Assembly: GCA_036338595.1 (NCBI GenBank)
Contig: JAYZBV010000042.1
Location: 1-19,096 of the forward strand
Direction: 5' to 3'
DNA: 19,096 nucleotides
From: Planctomycetota bacterium
GTDB taxonomy: Bacteria > Planctomycetota > UBA8108 > UBA1146
The notes beneath the pieces are model-generated. The model was not told the DNA's origin, did no database searches, and saw only the letters and a list, made by a program, of their open reading frames with translations. Positions 1-7,615 of this stretch are shown in pieces. Numbering within the stretch: position 1 is the stretch's first letter; each line of letters begins with the position of its first letter. A program made the translations under genes and the position numbers.

Positions 1-705
1 GGCCGTCAGACCCATGCAGCAAAGCATCAGGATGAACAGCGGCGAAGTGACGGAAGCCGTCACCTCTTCATCCGAAACATTGGACTGGACTCTCTCCGTT
101 TGCGGGATTTCCTGTCCCAGGAACATGAATCCGTAGATCAACGTCGGAATCAGCACAAGACCCAGCTTGGCCTGCATCACGGAAAGGCCAAAGAGGCTCC
201 ACTCGGCGCCGGTTGCTGCAGCTGCATTGCTGACCCAGAAGCCAAACAGAGCACCGATGATGATTCCCACCGGCCAGAAAACATGGAACTGATTCAACTT
301 GGTCGTTTTGTTATCAGAGTAGATGGTCGCCACCAGTGGATTGCAGCCCGCCTCGACGCAACCGTTGCCCAGTGCGATGATGGAAGCCCCCGCCATCAAC
401 CCGGAAAAACCATCGGCGTACATCATCAAGATGATTCCCAGAATGTGGCAAACGAACGCCAGCTTGAGCGAGACCGCGATACCGATCTTCTCGATCACCG
501 GTCCCAGCAAGATGATGGCAACAGCGAACCCGCCAAGAGCCGCGCCACCGACCCAACCAGCGTCTGTCGGGGTGAGGTTGAATATCGTCTGGAAATCACC
601 CATCGACGATGTGATCACCCCGAACGCGACCGAGGTCGCAATCAGCGCGAAGCAACTGGCCCAGAAAAGACGCGCCTTGCGCGCCTCATCGATTACTTGA
701 GTCAT
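1..705 (-). CDS. MFS transporter, probably sugar transport (3' part outside the window)
   Basis: Not in the ORF track because it runs off the edge. Manual translation from ATG at 705 (GGGGG SD-like run upstream) gives MTQVIDEARKARLFWASCFALIATSVAFGVI...GWVGGAALGGFAVAIILLGPVIEKIG...GNGCVEAGCNPLVATIYSDNKTTKLNQFHVFWPVGIIIG..., with repeated hydrophobic helices typical of an MFS N-terminal half, open to position 1. Confidence 0.88.
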   Translation of the reverse strand, partial: MTQVIDEARKARLFWASCFALIATSVAFGVITSSMGDFQTIFNLTPTDAGWVGGAALGGFAVAIILLGPVIEKIGIAVSLKLAFVCHILGIILMMYADGFSGLMAGASIIALGNGCVEAGCNPLVATIYSDNKTTKLNQFHVFWPVGIIIGALFGFWVSNAAAATGAEWSLFGLSVMQAKLGLVLIPTLIYGFMFLGQEIPQTERVQSNVSDEEVTASVTSPLFILMLCCMGLTA

Positions 706-829
706 GTGTGTCCCCCTATTCCTTGCGGTTTGACACGGCAGAGAGCCCTCTGGCCGCGGCGGTAGTGAGACAAACTCTGGACGATGTGTCAATCGGCCAG
801 TTCTCCCTCTCAGCAAAAAATAACAAACG

Positions 830-851
830 AAATGTGTTTGTGATCACATTT
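830..851. promoter_or_regulatory. CRP/FNR-family-like operator upstream of the MFS gene
   Basis: AAATGTGTTTGTGATCACATTT matches 18/22 positions of the ideal CRP site AAATGTGATCTAGATCACATTT (TGTGt-N6-TCACA), in an AT-rich patch of a GC-rich sequence. Confidence 0.6.
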
Positions 852-877
852 GTTAATGCATACAATCCAGGGCAGGT

Positions 878-892
878 CGGGAATTATTCCCG
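878..892. promoter_or_regulatory. Perfect 7-1-7 palindrome, candidate operator
   Basis: CGGGAAT-T-ATTCCCG in the senB-MFS intergenic region. Confidence 0.4.
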
Positions 893-940
893 CCAAGGAA
901 GAGTCGCCCCGCTAAATCCAGATCTTCATCTCTATCTTCC

Positions 941-968
941 CGCGCACGGTTGTGACCAACCGTGCGCG
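941..968. terminator. Perfect GC-rich stem-loop directly after the senB-like stop codon
   Basis: CGCGCACGGTTG-TGAC-CAACCGTGCGCG: 12-bp perfect stem with a 4-nt loop, 2 nt after the TAA at 971-973. There is no U-tract on the minus strand; the T-rich tail is on the plus strand. Confidence 0.6.
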
Positions 969-970
969 CT

Positions 971-1978
971 TTATATCTGCTCGATATCGGCCAGAAGACG
1001 GCTCCATTGGGCTTTTTCGGCTTCTGGTGTGTGTTCCAGACCGAGTTTTTCCGATCGCTTCTCAAGCGCCACTCGAAAGCGTGCGTCGGTGCAGAATCGC
1101 AGGATTTTGTCGGCCAACCCGCGGCCATCGCCGCAGCCAAAGAGGCCCGGATGGCGATCTCCCAGCAAACCGAGATTTCCTGGCGTATCGGTGGCCAGGA
1201 TGGGGATTTTAGCCACCAGCGCCTCACTGATGACGTTGGCTCCCCCCTCGTGAAGTGACGGATGGATCAGCAGATGAGAAGTGGCGAGATAGCGGCGTAC
1301 CCGTGCTCGATCGACGACTCCGAGCCAGCGCCATCGCGGTTCTTGCCTGGCCGCTTTCTCGGCACGTCGTTGCCAGTTTGCATCGAGAGCTCCCCCCAGA
1401 TGGATCACCTCGATGGTTCGCCCGTCCGGTAGACATTCGGGCAAATGAGCCAGCGCCTTGACCGGTAACAACGGATCCTTGACGCTCCGCAGGTAACCGA
1501 TCACCAGCAAACGCACGCTCGAAGTTACCGGCTTGCGTCCCCGCGCAAGCGGCAAGGCAGACTGAGGGATGAAATGAATCCGACCGCGCTTCCTGGCAAG
1601 TAAAGCGGCGGGCAGGTATCGCCGGGCATGGCGATGCAAAACCACCAGATGATCGGCAACCTCGAGGCTTTCGAGTACTCGGCGGCCAGCCGCACCCCCG
1701 GCGGGAAGTTGTTGATGAAGATCGGTGCCACTGAGAACCACCACCACCGGTGCCACCGGGTTGAGCCGTTTCCAGTCCTTGATCGCCCGGTAACTATGGC
1801 CTGCATGAAGAGCGATCAGCAAATTGCCAGCCGGCAATTTGCCGGCATTCCCAACTCGCAATCGGTGAACGGAAACTCGCTGATCCAGCTGGCGTAGGAT
1901 TTTCGACCAGCGCTTTACCGTCGAGTGATTTCCTGCGTGCAGATCTTCAGGACTGGGATCGGTGAGTACGATCCTCAC
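971..1978 (-). CDS. senB: SenB-like GT-B glycosyltransferase (TIGR04348-type selenosugar synthase homologue)
   Basis: Family motifs GNxxTxxRW (16-24), IALHA (H58), SGTD (D86), IPQS, GYLRxVKDP (K167), HLGGALD, WLG, EGGANVISEA and PGNLGLLG; 335 aa; GTG start immediately after the lpxA TAG. Confidence 0.85.
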   Translation of the reverse strand: MRIVLTDPSPEDLHAGNHSTVKRWSKILRQLDQRVSVHRLRVGNAGKLPAGNLLIALHAGHSYRAIKDWKRLNPVAPVVVVLSGTDLHQQLPAGGAAGRRVLESLEVADHLVVLHRHARRYLPAALLARKRGRIHFIPQSALPLARGRKPVTSSVRLLVIGYLRSVKDPLLPVKALAHLPECLPDGRTIEVIHLGGALDANWQRRAEKAARQEPRWRWLGVVDRARVRRYLATSHLLIHPSLHEGGANVISEALVAKIPILATDTPGNLGLLGDRHPGLFGCGDGRGLADKILRFCTDARFRVALEKRSEKLGLEHTPEAEKAQWSRLLADIEQI

Positions 1979-2782
1979 CTAGACGCTGGCCGCCCGGGTG
2001 TCGGCAGAAGTCCCTCCTCCGGAGGCGATACCGCGAACACTGGCATCGATGAATGAGGCGATCTCCCGCACCTCGGCGATCTGACTCTGGCCGAGCAGTT
2101 CACTCGCCTCGGGAATGGTACGGCCACTACGAAACAGCATCCGGTGGGCATCCTGGAGGCTACGGCGCAGATCGGGATCGAAGCCAGCACGCCTGAGACC
2201 GACAACGTTGACGGCTCGGATCGTCGCCCTGTCTCCGGTGGAAAGCATGAATGGCGGCACGTCCTGGACCGCCACCGCCGCCCCACCGAGCATCACCAAA
2301 CGTCCGACCCGACAGAACTGATGCACCAGTGTGTTGGCGGAAAGAAAAGCACCCGCGCCGACATGAACATGACCCGCCAGAGAACAGTGGTTGGACATGA
2401 CGACTCCATCGCCCACCTCGCAATCGTGGGCTACATGGGCTCCGACCATCAACAGGCAATCGTCCCCGATGCGCGTCTCGCTTCCGGGTTTCGAAGCGCG
2501 ATGTACGGAAACGTACTCCCTGAGCACCGTTCGCTCGCCGATCACCACACGGCTCGGTTCTCGGTCCCAGGTCACATCCTGGGGCTCGTGGCCGACCACC
2601 GCGTGCATGTGAACCTCGCTATCGGCACCGATCTGGGTACCGGGTCCGACGTAGGCATGACCATGAACCTTGCAACCGGAGTGGAGGACCACACCCGCCT
2701 CTATGATGGCGAAGGGACCGACCCTCACATCCGGGGCCAGTTCGGCCTCGGCGTGAATCACGGCAGTCTTGTGTATCGGCAT
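1979..2782 (-). CDS. lpxA: Acyl-ACP--UDP-N-acetylglucosamine O-acyltransferase
   Basis: Hexapeptide-repeat beta-helix (IHKTAVIH, VGPFAII), GHEPQD, REYVSVHR, catalytic HVAHDC, LAGHV, VHQF, QDVPPF and NVVGLRRAG. Start moved to ATG 2782, preceded by AGGAGG; 267 aa. Confidence 0.93.
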   Translation of the reverse strand: MPIHKTAVIHAEAELAPDVRVGPFAIIEAGVVLHSGCKVHGHAYVGPGTQIGADSEVHMHAVVGHEPQDVTWDREPSRVVIGERTVLREYVSVHRASKPGSETRIGDDCLLMVGAHVAHDCEVGDGVVMSNHCSLAGHVHVGAGAFLSANTLVHQFCRVGRLVMLGGAAVAVQDVPPFMLSTGDRATIRAVNVVGLRRAGFDPDLRRSLQDAHRMLFRSGRTIPEASELLGQSQIAEVREIASFIDASVRGIASGGGTSADTRAASV

Positions 2783-2852
2783 CGCTTTTCCTCCTGCGCC
2801 AGTACCCTGAAACAGTAGGTTACATCGACGTCGCTGCGAGGAAAGGAACCGA

Positions 2853-3803
2853 TCAGCGATCGATCGGAGCTGGAGCCTTGGTCTCGCGCTGCTCGACCCT
2901 GACCCTGAGGTTCTGAGGGATCTGCTGAAAATCCTCCCACAGCCACTGCCAGGCGATACGGACTCGTAGCAGGTAGTCGTCACTGGAAAGCGGATCGAGG
3001 CCACTGTCGCGATCAAGGATGTCGCGCAGGGTCAGATCCGCGATGTGGTAGACCTTCAGTTCGCCCTCCTCGAGAGCGGGAAACTGCGGGTAGGAACCCT
3101 CGAGCCGGACCTCACGATCGTCGCGCAATGCCTCGAGCAGATGCGGGACCGCACGAGTTCCGACCTGGACCATCTCGTCCTGGATCTGGTTGTAGAAGCG
3201 TCCATCGAGAGAATCGGTCAGAGCATCGAGCAGCCCTCGAACTTCCGGATCTCCGAGGATTTTGCCGCGCAGCAGATTCTCGGCAATGATGGTGGCGGAT
3301 CTCCTGCGTATATCGCGCTGCGCCAGTTCCATCTGGGTACGACCGTTCATCAGAGGCTCGGGAAAGGACAGATCCTGAACCACTTCACCCCCTGAAGAAC
3401 GAGAGATCAGATGCCCGTCGAACTTGCCATGATACTGGTGTTCCAGATGCTGTGATTGATCATTAAAGTCGAAGCTCAGATCCTGAAAGTAATCACACTC
3501 CAGGGTGCCTTCGATGATGTAGTCCGCCTGATCGCGAGATACCAGTTTGAAGCCATGCATGCTGAGAGATCGTTCGAGCAGTAATTTGGAGATATTGGTG
3601 CCGCTCGGCGGCGCTCCATCGAGAATCTCTTCGATCTTGACATACGCCGTACCTCGAGTCAGCGCCTCGACCTGCTGCGCCCCCGGTTGCACCCCCGGCT
3701 TTGGTGTCTTGCTCTGGCAAGCGGACACAACGACCAGCCAGCTCAGCAGCAGCACAGCAATACCCCGGCGCACAAGTAGCACGCCCGATTTGTTTCTTTT
3801 CAT
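2853..3803 (-). CDS. Hypothetical lipoprotein with a C-terminal HEAT-like helical region
   Basis: Basic N-terminus, hydrophobic stretch and lipobox-like VSA-C; HEAT-like segment EMVQVGTRAVPHLLEALRD. ATG 3803 is 6 nt after GGGAG (alternative start 3809). Confidence 0.75.
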   Translation of the reverse strand: MKRNKSGVLLVRRGIAVLLLSWLVVVSACQSKTPKPGVQPGAQQVEALTRGTAYVKIEEILDGAPPSGTNISKLLLERSLSMHGFKLVSRDQADYIIEGTLECDYFQDLSFDFNDQSQHLEHQYHGKFDGHLISRSSGGEVVQDLSFPEPLMNGRTQMELAQRDIRRRSATIIAENLLRGKILGDPEVRGLLDALTDSLDGRFYNQIQDEMVQVGTRAVPHLLEALRDDREVRLEGSYPQFPALEEGELKVYHIADLTLRDILDRDSGLDPLSSDDYLLRVRIAWQWLWEDFQQIPQNLRVRVEQRETKAPAPIDR

Positions 3804-3974
3804 TCTCATCTCCCTGTCGCGCGTGCTGGTACTGTCTTCGAGTAGCGGTCAAACTACCACCGGAGTTCGCCGGGCAGGAAGCGCACTCTCCTGGATGACG
3901 TCAGTAACCCAGGGATTCCCGCTCCGAATCGCTGCGAATCATCTTCGGGGTCAAGATACACGGTACGGAGGCGG

Positions 3975-4832
3975 ATGACTCGCGCAAGAATTCCCTTTCT
4001 GAAGGCTCAGGGTGCCGGAAACGATTTTGTGGTGCTCGATGAGGGCCTGACACCTGTCCCCACCGATCTATCTCCCATGGCACCGATCTGGTGCTGCCGA
4101 CGTACGGGTATCGGGGCCGATGGCATCCTGGTGATCCGGAGAGGAGGATCGCTACCTGCGATGGAATGCTGGAATGCCGATGGCAGTCGTGCCGAAGCCT
4201 GCGGCAATGGACTGCGCATCGTGGCACTCATCCTGTCCGGGGAAAAGGTCAGCGAGGTGTCCATCGAAACCGATGCCGGTGTAGTCAGGGTCCAGCAACG
4301 CCGGCGAGACGATGGTGAGTTCATCGCAGAAGCTTCGCTCGGGAGCCCGCTTCTCGAAGACCCCATCACGGTCTCGATGGGGCACACAACGCTTCAGGCC
4401 ATCCCGGTCAACATGGGAAATCCGCACCTGGTGGTCGCCATCGATCCGGAAGGCACACCGGACCCGGTGCAGTGCTACGGCCCGACCGTCGAACACGCCA
4501 TTGCCCAGCGCGCCAACGTCGGGTTCGTACGTATCGACGCACCGAATCGATTGGTCCTGAGGGTCTGGGAACGAGGCTGCGGCGAAACCCTGGCGTGTGG
4601 CACGGGAGCCGCGGCAGCGGTGGCAGCGCTGCATCCGAGCGGAGCCATCGCCGATGAGGTCGAGGTGCAGATGCGCGGTGGGGTCCTTCAGGTACGCCTC
4701 GACTCGAACGGCGGCGTTCATGTCGAGGGTCCGGCAAAAATATGCTTCGAAGGGGAACTGCTGGTCGCTCAGGAGCATCTGAGACCGGAACAGAAGGACA
4801 TCCTGCCGATCGAGTCACCGCAGAGCCGCTAG
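3975..4832 (+). CDS. dapF: Diaminopimelate epimerase
   Basis: KAQGAGNDF, GIGADG, NADGSRAEACGNGLR, VNMGNPH and RVWERGCGETLACGTGA (both catalytic Cys present); GGAGG SD. Confidence 0.96.
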   Translation: MTRARIPFLKAQGAGNDFVVLDEGLTPVPTDLSPMAPIWCCRRTGIGADGILVIRRGGSLPAMECWNADGSRAEACGNGLRIVALILSGEKVSEVSIETDAGVVRVQQRRRDDGEFIAEASLGSPLLEDPITVSMGHTTLQAIPVNMGNPHLVVAIDPEGTPDPVQCYGPTVEHAIAQRANVGFVRIDAPNRLVLRVWERGCGETLACGTGAAAAVAALHPSGAIADEVEVQMRGGVLQVRLDSNGGVHVEGPAKICFEGELLVAQEHLRPEQKDILPIESPQSR

Positions 4833-5920
4833 ACGATCTCGACTCCCTGGCCCGCCACGATCTCGCCGATGATCTGCGCCTCTTCACCCGATTTCTTCAG
4901 CACCGCCACCGCATCGGCGGCCTGCTCGGCCGCGGTCACGATGACCATGCCGATCCCCTGGTTGAAGACCCGATCCATCTCTGGCTGAGCGACCTGGGCG
5001 TGCTGCTCGATGAGGGAAAAGATCGCCGGTCGTTGCCAATCGTCACGAACCAGTCGCGCAGTCATTCCTTCGGGAAGCACCCTCGGAATGTTTTCGATGA
5101 GACCCCCACCTGTGATGTGAGAGACCGCGTGAACTCCTGAACCGAGTTGCTCGATGAGTGCCAGCACCGGTTGCACATAGATGCGTGTCGGTTCCAGCAG
5201 CACCTCGCCGAGTGTCGCGCCGAGACCACCTGGATCTTCATCGAGAGGCAGTGCATCCGATCCTTCGAGAAGCGCCTTGCGCACCAGCGAAAAACCGTTG
5301 GAGTGGACACCACTCGAGCAGATCCCGATGACCGCATCCCCAACAGAGACCCGAGCACCATCGATGATTGCATCTCGTTCGACCACTCCGACCGAGAAAC
5401 CGGCCAGATCCAGTTCTCCGCCGCTGTAGAAGCCCGGCATCTCGGCGGTTTCACCGCCGAGCAGGGCGCAACCACTTCGCCGACACCCCTCGGCGATCCC
5501 CTCCACCACCACTGCGATGACATCAGGAGCGATCTTTCCGGTAGCCACGTAGTCGAGAAAGAACAGTGGACGGGCACCTCCGACCACAAGGTCGTTGACG
5601 CACATCGCAACCAGATCGATGCCTACGGTGTCATAAACACCGCAACTGAAGGCCACCTTCAATTTGGTACCGACTCCATCGGTGGCACCGACCAGAATTG
5701 GATCTCGTAGTTCCTTGCCAAAGAGAGCGCCATTGCCATCGAGCAAGCGGAAGAACCCTCCGAAGGCGCCATGTGATCCACTCAGAACTCGATCGTCCTG
5801 AGTCGAGACCACCGCGGCGCGAATTCGTTCGACCACTGCGTTGCCCGCATCGATATCAACCCCTGCATCGCGGTAGGTCAGGCCCTGGGTTTTCGGCTCG
5901 ACGGGTGTCTCATCCACCAT
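4829..5920 (-). CDS. purM: Phosphoribosylformylglycinamidine cyclo-ligase (AIR synthetase)
   Basis: TYRDAGVDIDAGN, TDGVGTK, GIDLVAMCVNDL, PLFFLDY, GGETAEMPG, SSGVHSNGFSL, HITGGG and FNQGIG. Start moved to ATG 5920. Stop overlaps the dapF stop (CTAG, 4829-4832). Confidence 0.96.
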   Translation of the reverse strand: MVDETPVEPKTQGLTYRDAGVDIDAGNAVVERIRAAVVSTQDDRVLSGSHGAFGGFFRLLDGNGALFGKELRDPILVGATDGVGTKLKVAFSCGVYDTVGIDLVAMCVNDLVVGGARPLFFLDYVATGKIAPDVIAVVVEGIAEGCRRSGCALLGGETAEMPGFYSGGELDLAGFSVGVVERDAIIDGARVSVGDAVIGICSSGVHSNGFSLVRKALLEGSDALPLDEDPGGLGATLGEVLLEPTRIYVQPVLALIEQLGSGVHAVSHITGGGLIENIPRVLPEGMTARLVRDDWQRPAIFSLIEQHAQVAQPEMDRVFNQGIGMVIVTAAEQAADAVAVLKKSGEEAQIIGEIVAGQGVEIV

Positions 5921-6428
5921 GCGCCGCTTCCTCTCTCTGAACTTCCCACAGCCACTTCTCATCGAGATCGAAACGTCTCAGGCGACGGCGACTACGGCGA
6001 GCACGAGACTCGTTACCGAGACTGCGCGACACCTGCCAATCGAGAAACAACAGGTCGATGTCACGATCATCTTTCACCAGACCGCTGTCGAGTGCCATTT
6101 GCGCCCTCTGCATCCGTCCACGAAGGTAACAGCGCTGGGCATCGTCGAGCGCCCGTTCCACCTGAACACGAACCCACCTTCGATGGATCGGGGAGGTCAA
6201 ACGATGAGTCCAGACCACGCTGACGAAGGTACAGACGATCCCGAGCGCTGCACCGAGTAACTGGGTCTGGGCTCGATCAGGTCCAGCCCATACGGTGGTG
6301 CCGGCCAGCAGGAAGACCCAACCGGTTCCTCCCAGTAGCAGCAGCAGCAGACCCCTCTGGACCCGCCCCAGCAAGATCGGCCCCATCCCGGGGATCACAG
6401 ATAAAAGCATCAAAAAGAAGCGCACCAT
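5910..6428 (-). CDS. Hypothetical membrane protein with a TPR-like C-terminal part
   Basis: N-terminal hydrophobic segments including a PGMG motif, then an amphipathic helical tail (ALDDAQRCYLRG...ALDSGLVKDDRDIDLLF). Overlaps the purM start by 11 nt. Confidence 0.72.
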   Translation of the reverse strand: MVRFFLMLLSVIPGMGPILLGRVQRGLLLLLLGGTGWVFLLAGTTVWAGPDRAQTQLLGAALGIVCTFVSVVWTHRLTSPIHRRWVRVQVERALDDAQRCYLRGRMQRAQMALDSGLVKDDRDIDLLFLDWQVSRSLGNESRARRSRRRLRRFDLDEKWLWEVQREEAAHGG

Positions 6429-6532
6429 TTTCTCCCGGTTCGTGTTCTCCAGCAGTGTATCCCTCCCGGGGGCACGGGGGGAGCAGAAGGGATCCCCTTG
6501 TGCGGAACTGGTGGAGCGATCAACCTGTCGTC

Positions 6533-7615
6533 ATGGAGCCAGACAGCAGCCCGAATCCAGACCACGGCACCCTGCGCGGCCTCGATGCGGCATTCAACCG
6601 CCTCGTGGAGGCGCTCCGCGTGGTCGAAGACCAGTACCGATTCGCTCACGATCGAGCGGTCATCGCCGGGCGCTGGCAGCAGTTACGGCGCTCCGGCGGC
6701 CAGTTGCGCTGTCAGGTCGAGGACACGGTCGGCCCGCTCGTCGCCCACCGAAACGTGGCGGGAGATCAATTACGCTCGGCCCCGGGTACGGGTGAACATC
6801 CCGAACCGCAAGCACTGATCGCCGCCAACATCTCCAGAGCGCGGGAGGCGAGCCGTTCGGTCGAGGAGATGCTACGGCTCGTCTTGCCGCAGTTGAGTGA
6901 GCCAGCCGAGAAACTTCGCCACGGTATCTATGAAGTGGAATCGATCACATCCGGATTGATGGTACGAGGAAGTCGCCTGGAAAATCGCCATCTGTACGTA
7001 CTGGTCACGGAGCAGCTGTGTCACGGTGATCTCCTCGAGACCACCGTCGCTGCCATCGAGGGTGGTGCGCGCATCGTTCAACTGCGAGAGAAAACCCTGC
7101 CGGCCTCAAGAGTGCTCGAAAGGGCGCGTCAACTCCGTGACATCACTGAACAACACGATGTTCTGCTCATCATCAACGATTCGGTCGAGATCGCTTACCT
7201 CAGCGGCGCCGATGGCGTGCACCTGGGCCAGGACGACATCGCTCCCCACGAGGCTCGTCGCATTCTCGGACCGGATGCCATCATCGGCCTCTCGACTCAC
7301 GAACCTGAACAGGCGGCCCGGGCTGCAGCCGCAGGTGCCGATTACATCGGAGTCGGTCCCATCTTTGAAACCGCCACCAAGGAACACCGACGAGCTGTTG
7401 GAACCGAATACATCCGCCAGGCAGACGAGGTTTGCGAACTGCCGGGATATGCCATCGGGCATGTTGACTGTGAAACCATCGACGAGGTACTGGCTGCTGG
7501 AGCGACCCGGATCGCTGTCTGTACCGGCATCATTGCGCGTCCCGATCCGGCAGTTGCGGCGCGTCTGCTGTGCGAGAAACTGACGCACCAGCGATCCCAG
7601 GAGTTCCTTCGATGA
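6533..7615 (+). CDS. thiE: Thiamine-phosphate synthase, long form with N-terminal ThiD2-like helical domain
   Basis: N-terminal LDAAFNRLVEALRVVEDQYRF and ANISRAREASRSVEE; TIM-barrel motifs VQLREK, IIND, ADGVHLGQDD, IIGLSTH, DYIGVGPIFETATK and YAIG. Start moved to ATG 6533. Confidence 0.94.
   Translation: MEPDSSPNPDHGTLRGLDAAFNRLVEALRVVEDQYRFAHDRAVIAGRWQQLRRSGGQLRCQVEDTVGPLVAHRNVAGDQLRSAPGTGEHPEPQALIAANISRAREASRSVEEMLRLVLPQLSEPAEKLRHGIYEVESITSGLMVRGSRLENRHLYVLVTEQLCHGDLLETTVAAIEGGARIVQLREKTLPASRVLERARQLRDITEQHDVLLIINDSVEIAYLSGADGVHLGQDDIAPHEARRILGPDAIIGLSTHEPEQAARAAAAGADYIGVGPIFETATKEHRRAVGTEYIRQADEVCELPGYAIGHVDCETIDEVLAAGATRIAVCTGIIARPDPAVAARLLCEKLTHQRSQEFLR

Noticed and set aside
100..765. 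Plus-strand ORFs 100..765 and 323..700
   Set aside because: Antisense to the clearly recognisable MFS gene.
853..1227. 124-aa minus-strand ORF and plus-strand ORFs over 708-1258
   Set aside because: Alternative-frame or antisense shadows of senB and the regulatory region, with no recognisable motifs.
2820..2855. Possible selenocysteine read-through of the lipoprotein TGA, given the nearby senB-like gene
   Set aside because: An in-frame TAA follows after 10 codons, and there is no redox motif or evident SECIS-like hairpin.
2783..3016. 78-codon in-frame N-terminal extension of lpxA in the ORF track
   Set aside because: It overlaps the upstream lipoprotein gene in another frame, has no protein-like character, and a strong AGGAGG precedes ATG 2782.
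4829..5920. PurM-fold gene near senB as a possible senC/selD selenophosphate synthetase
   Set aside because: SelD shares the PurM fold, but this protein has AIR synthetase motifs (YxxAGVD, TDGVGTK, GGETAEMPG, HSNGFSL) and lacks the N-terminal Cys/Sec-x-x-Lys and DFF motifs of SelD.
6429..6532. TPP riboswitch upstream of thiE
   Set aside because: The conserved CUGAGA and CCUGAU elements are absent and the gap is shared with a divergent gene.
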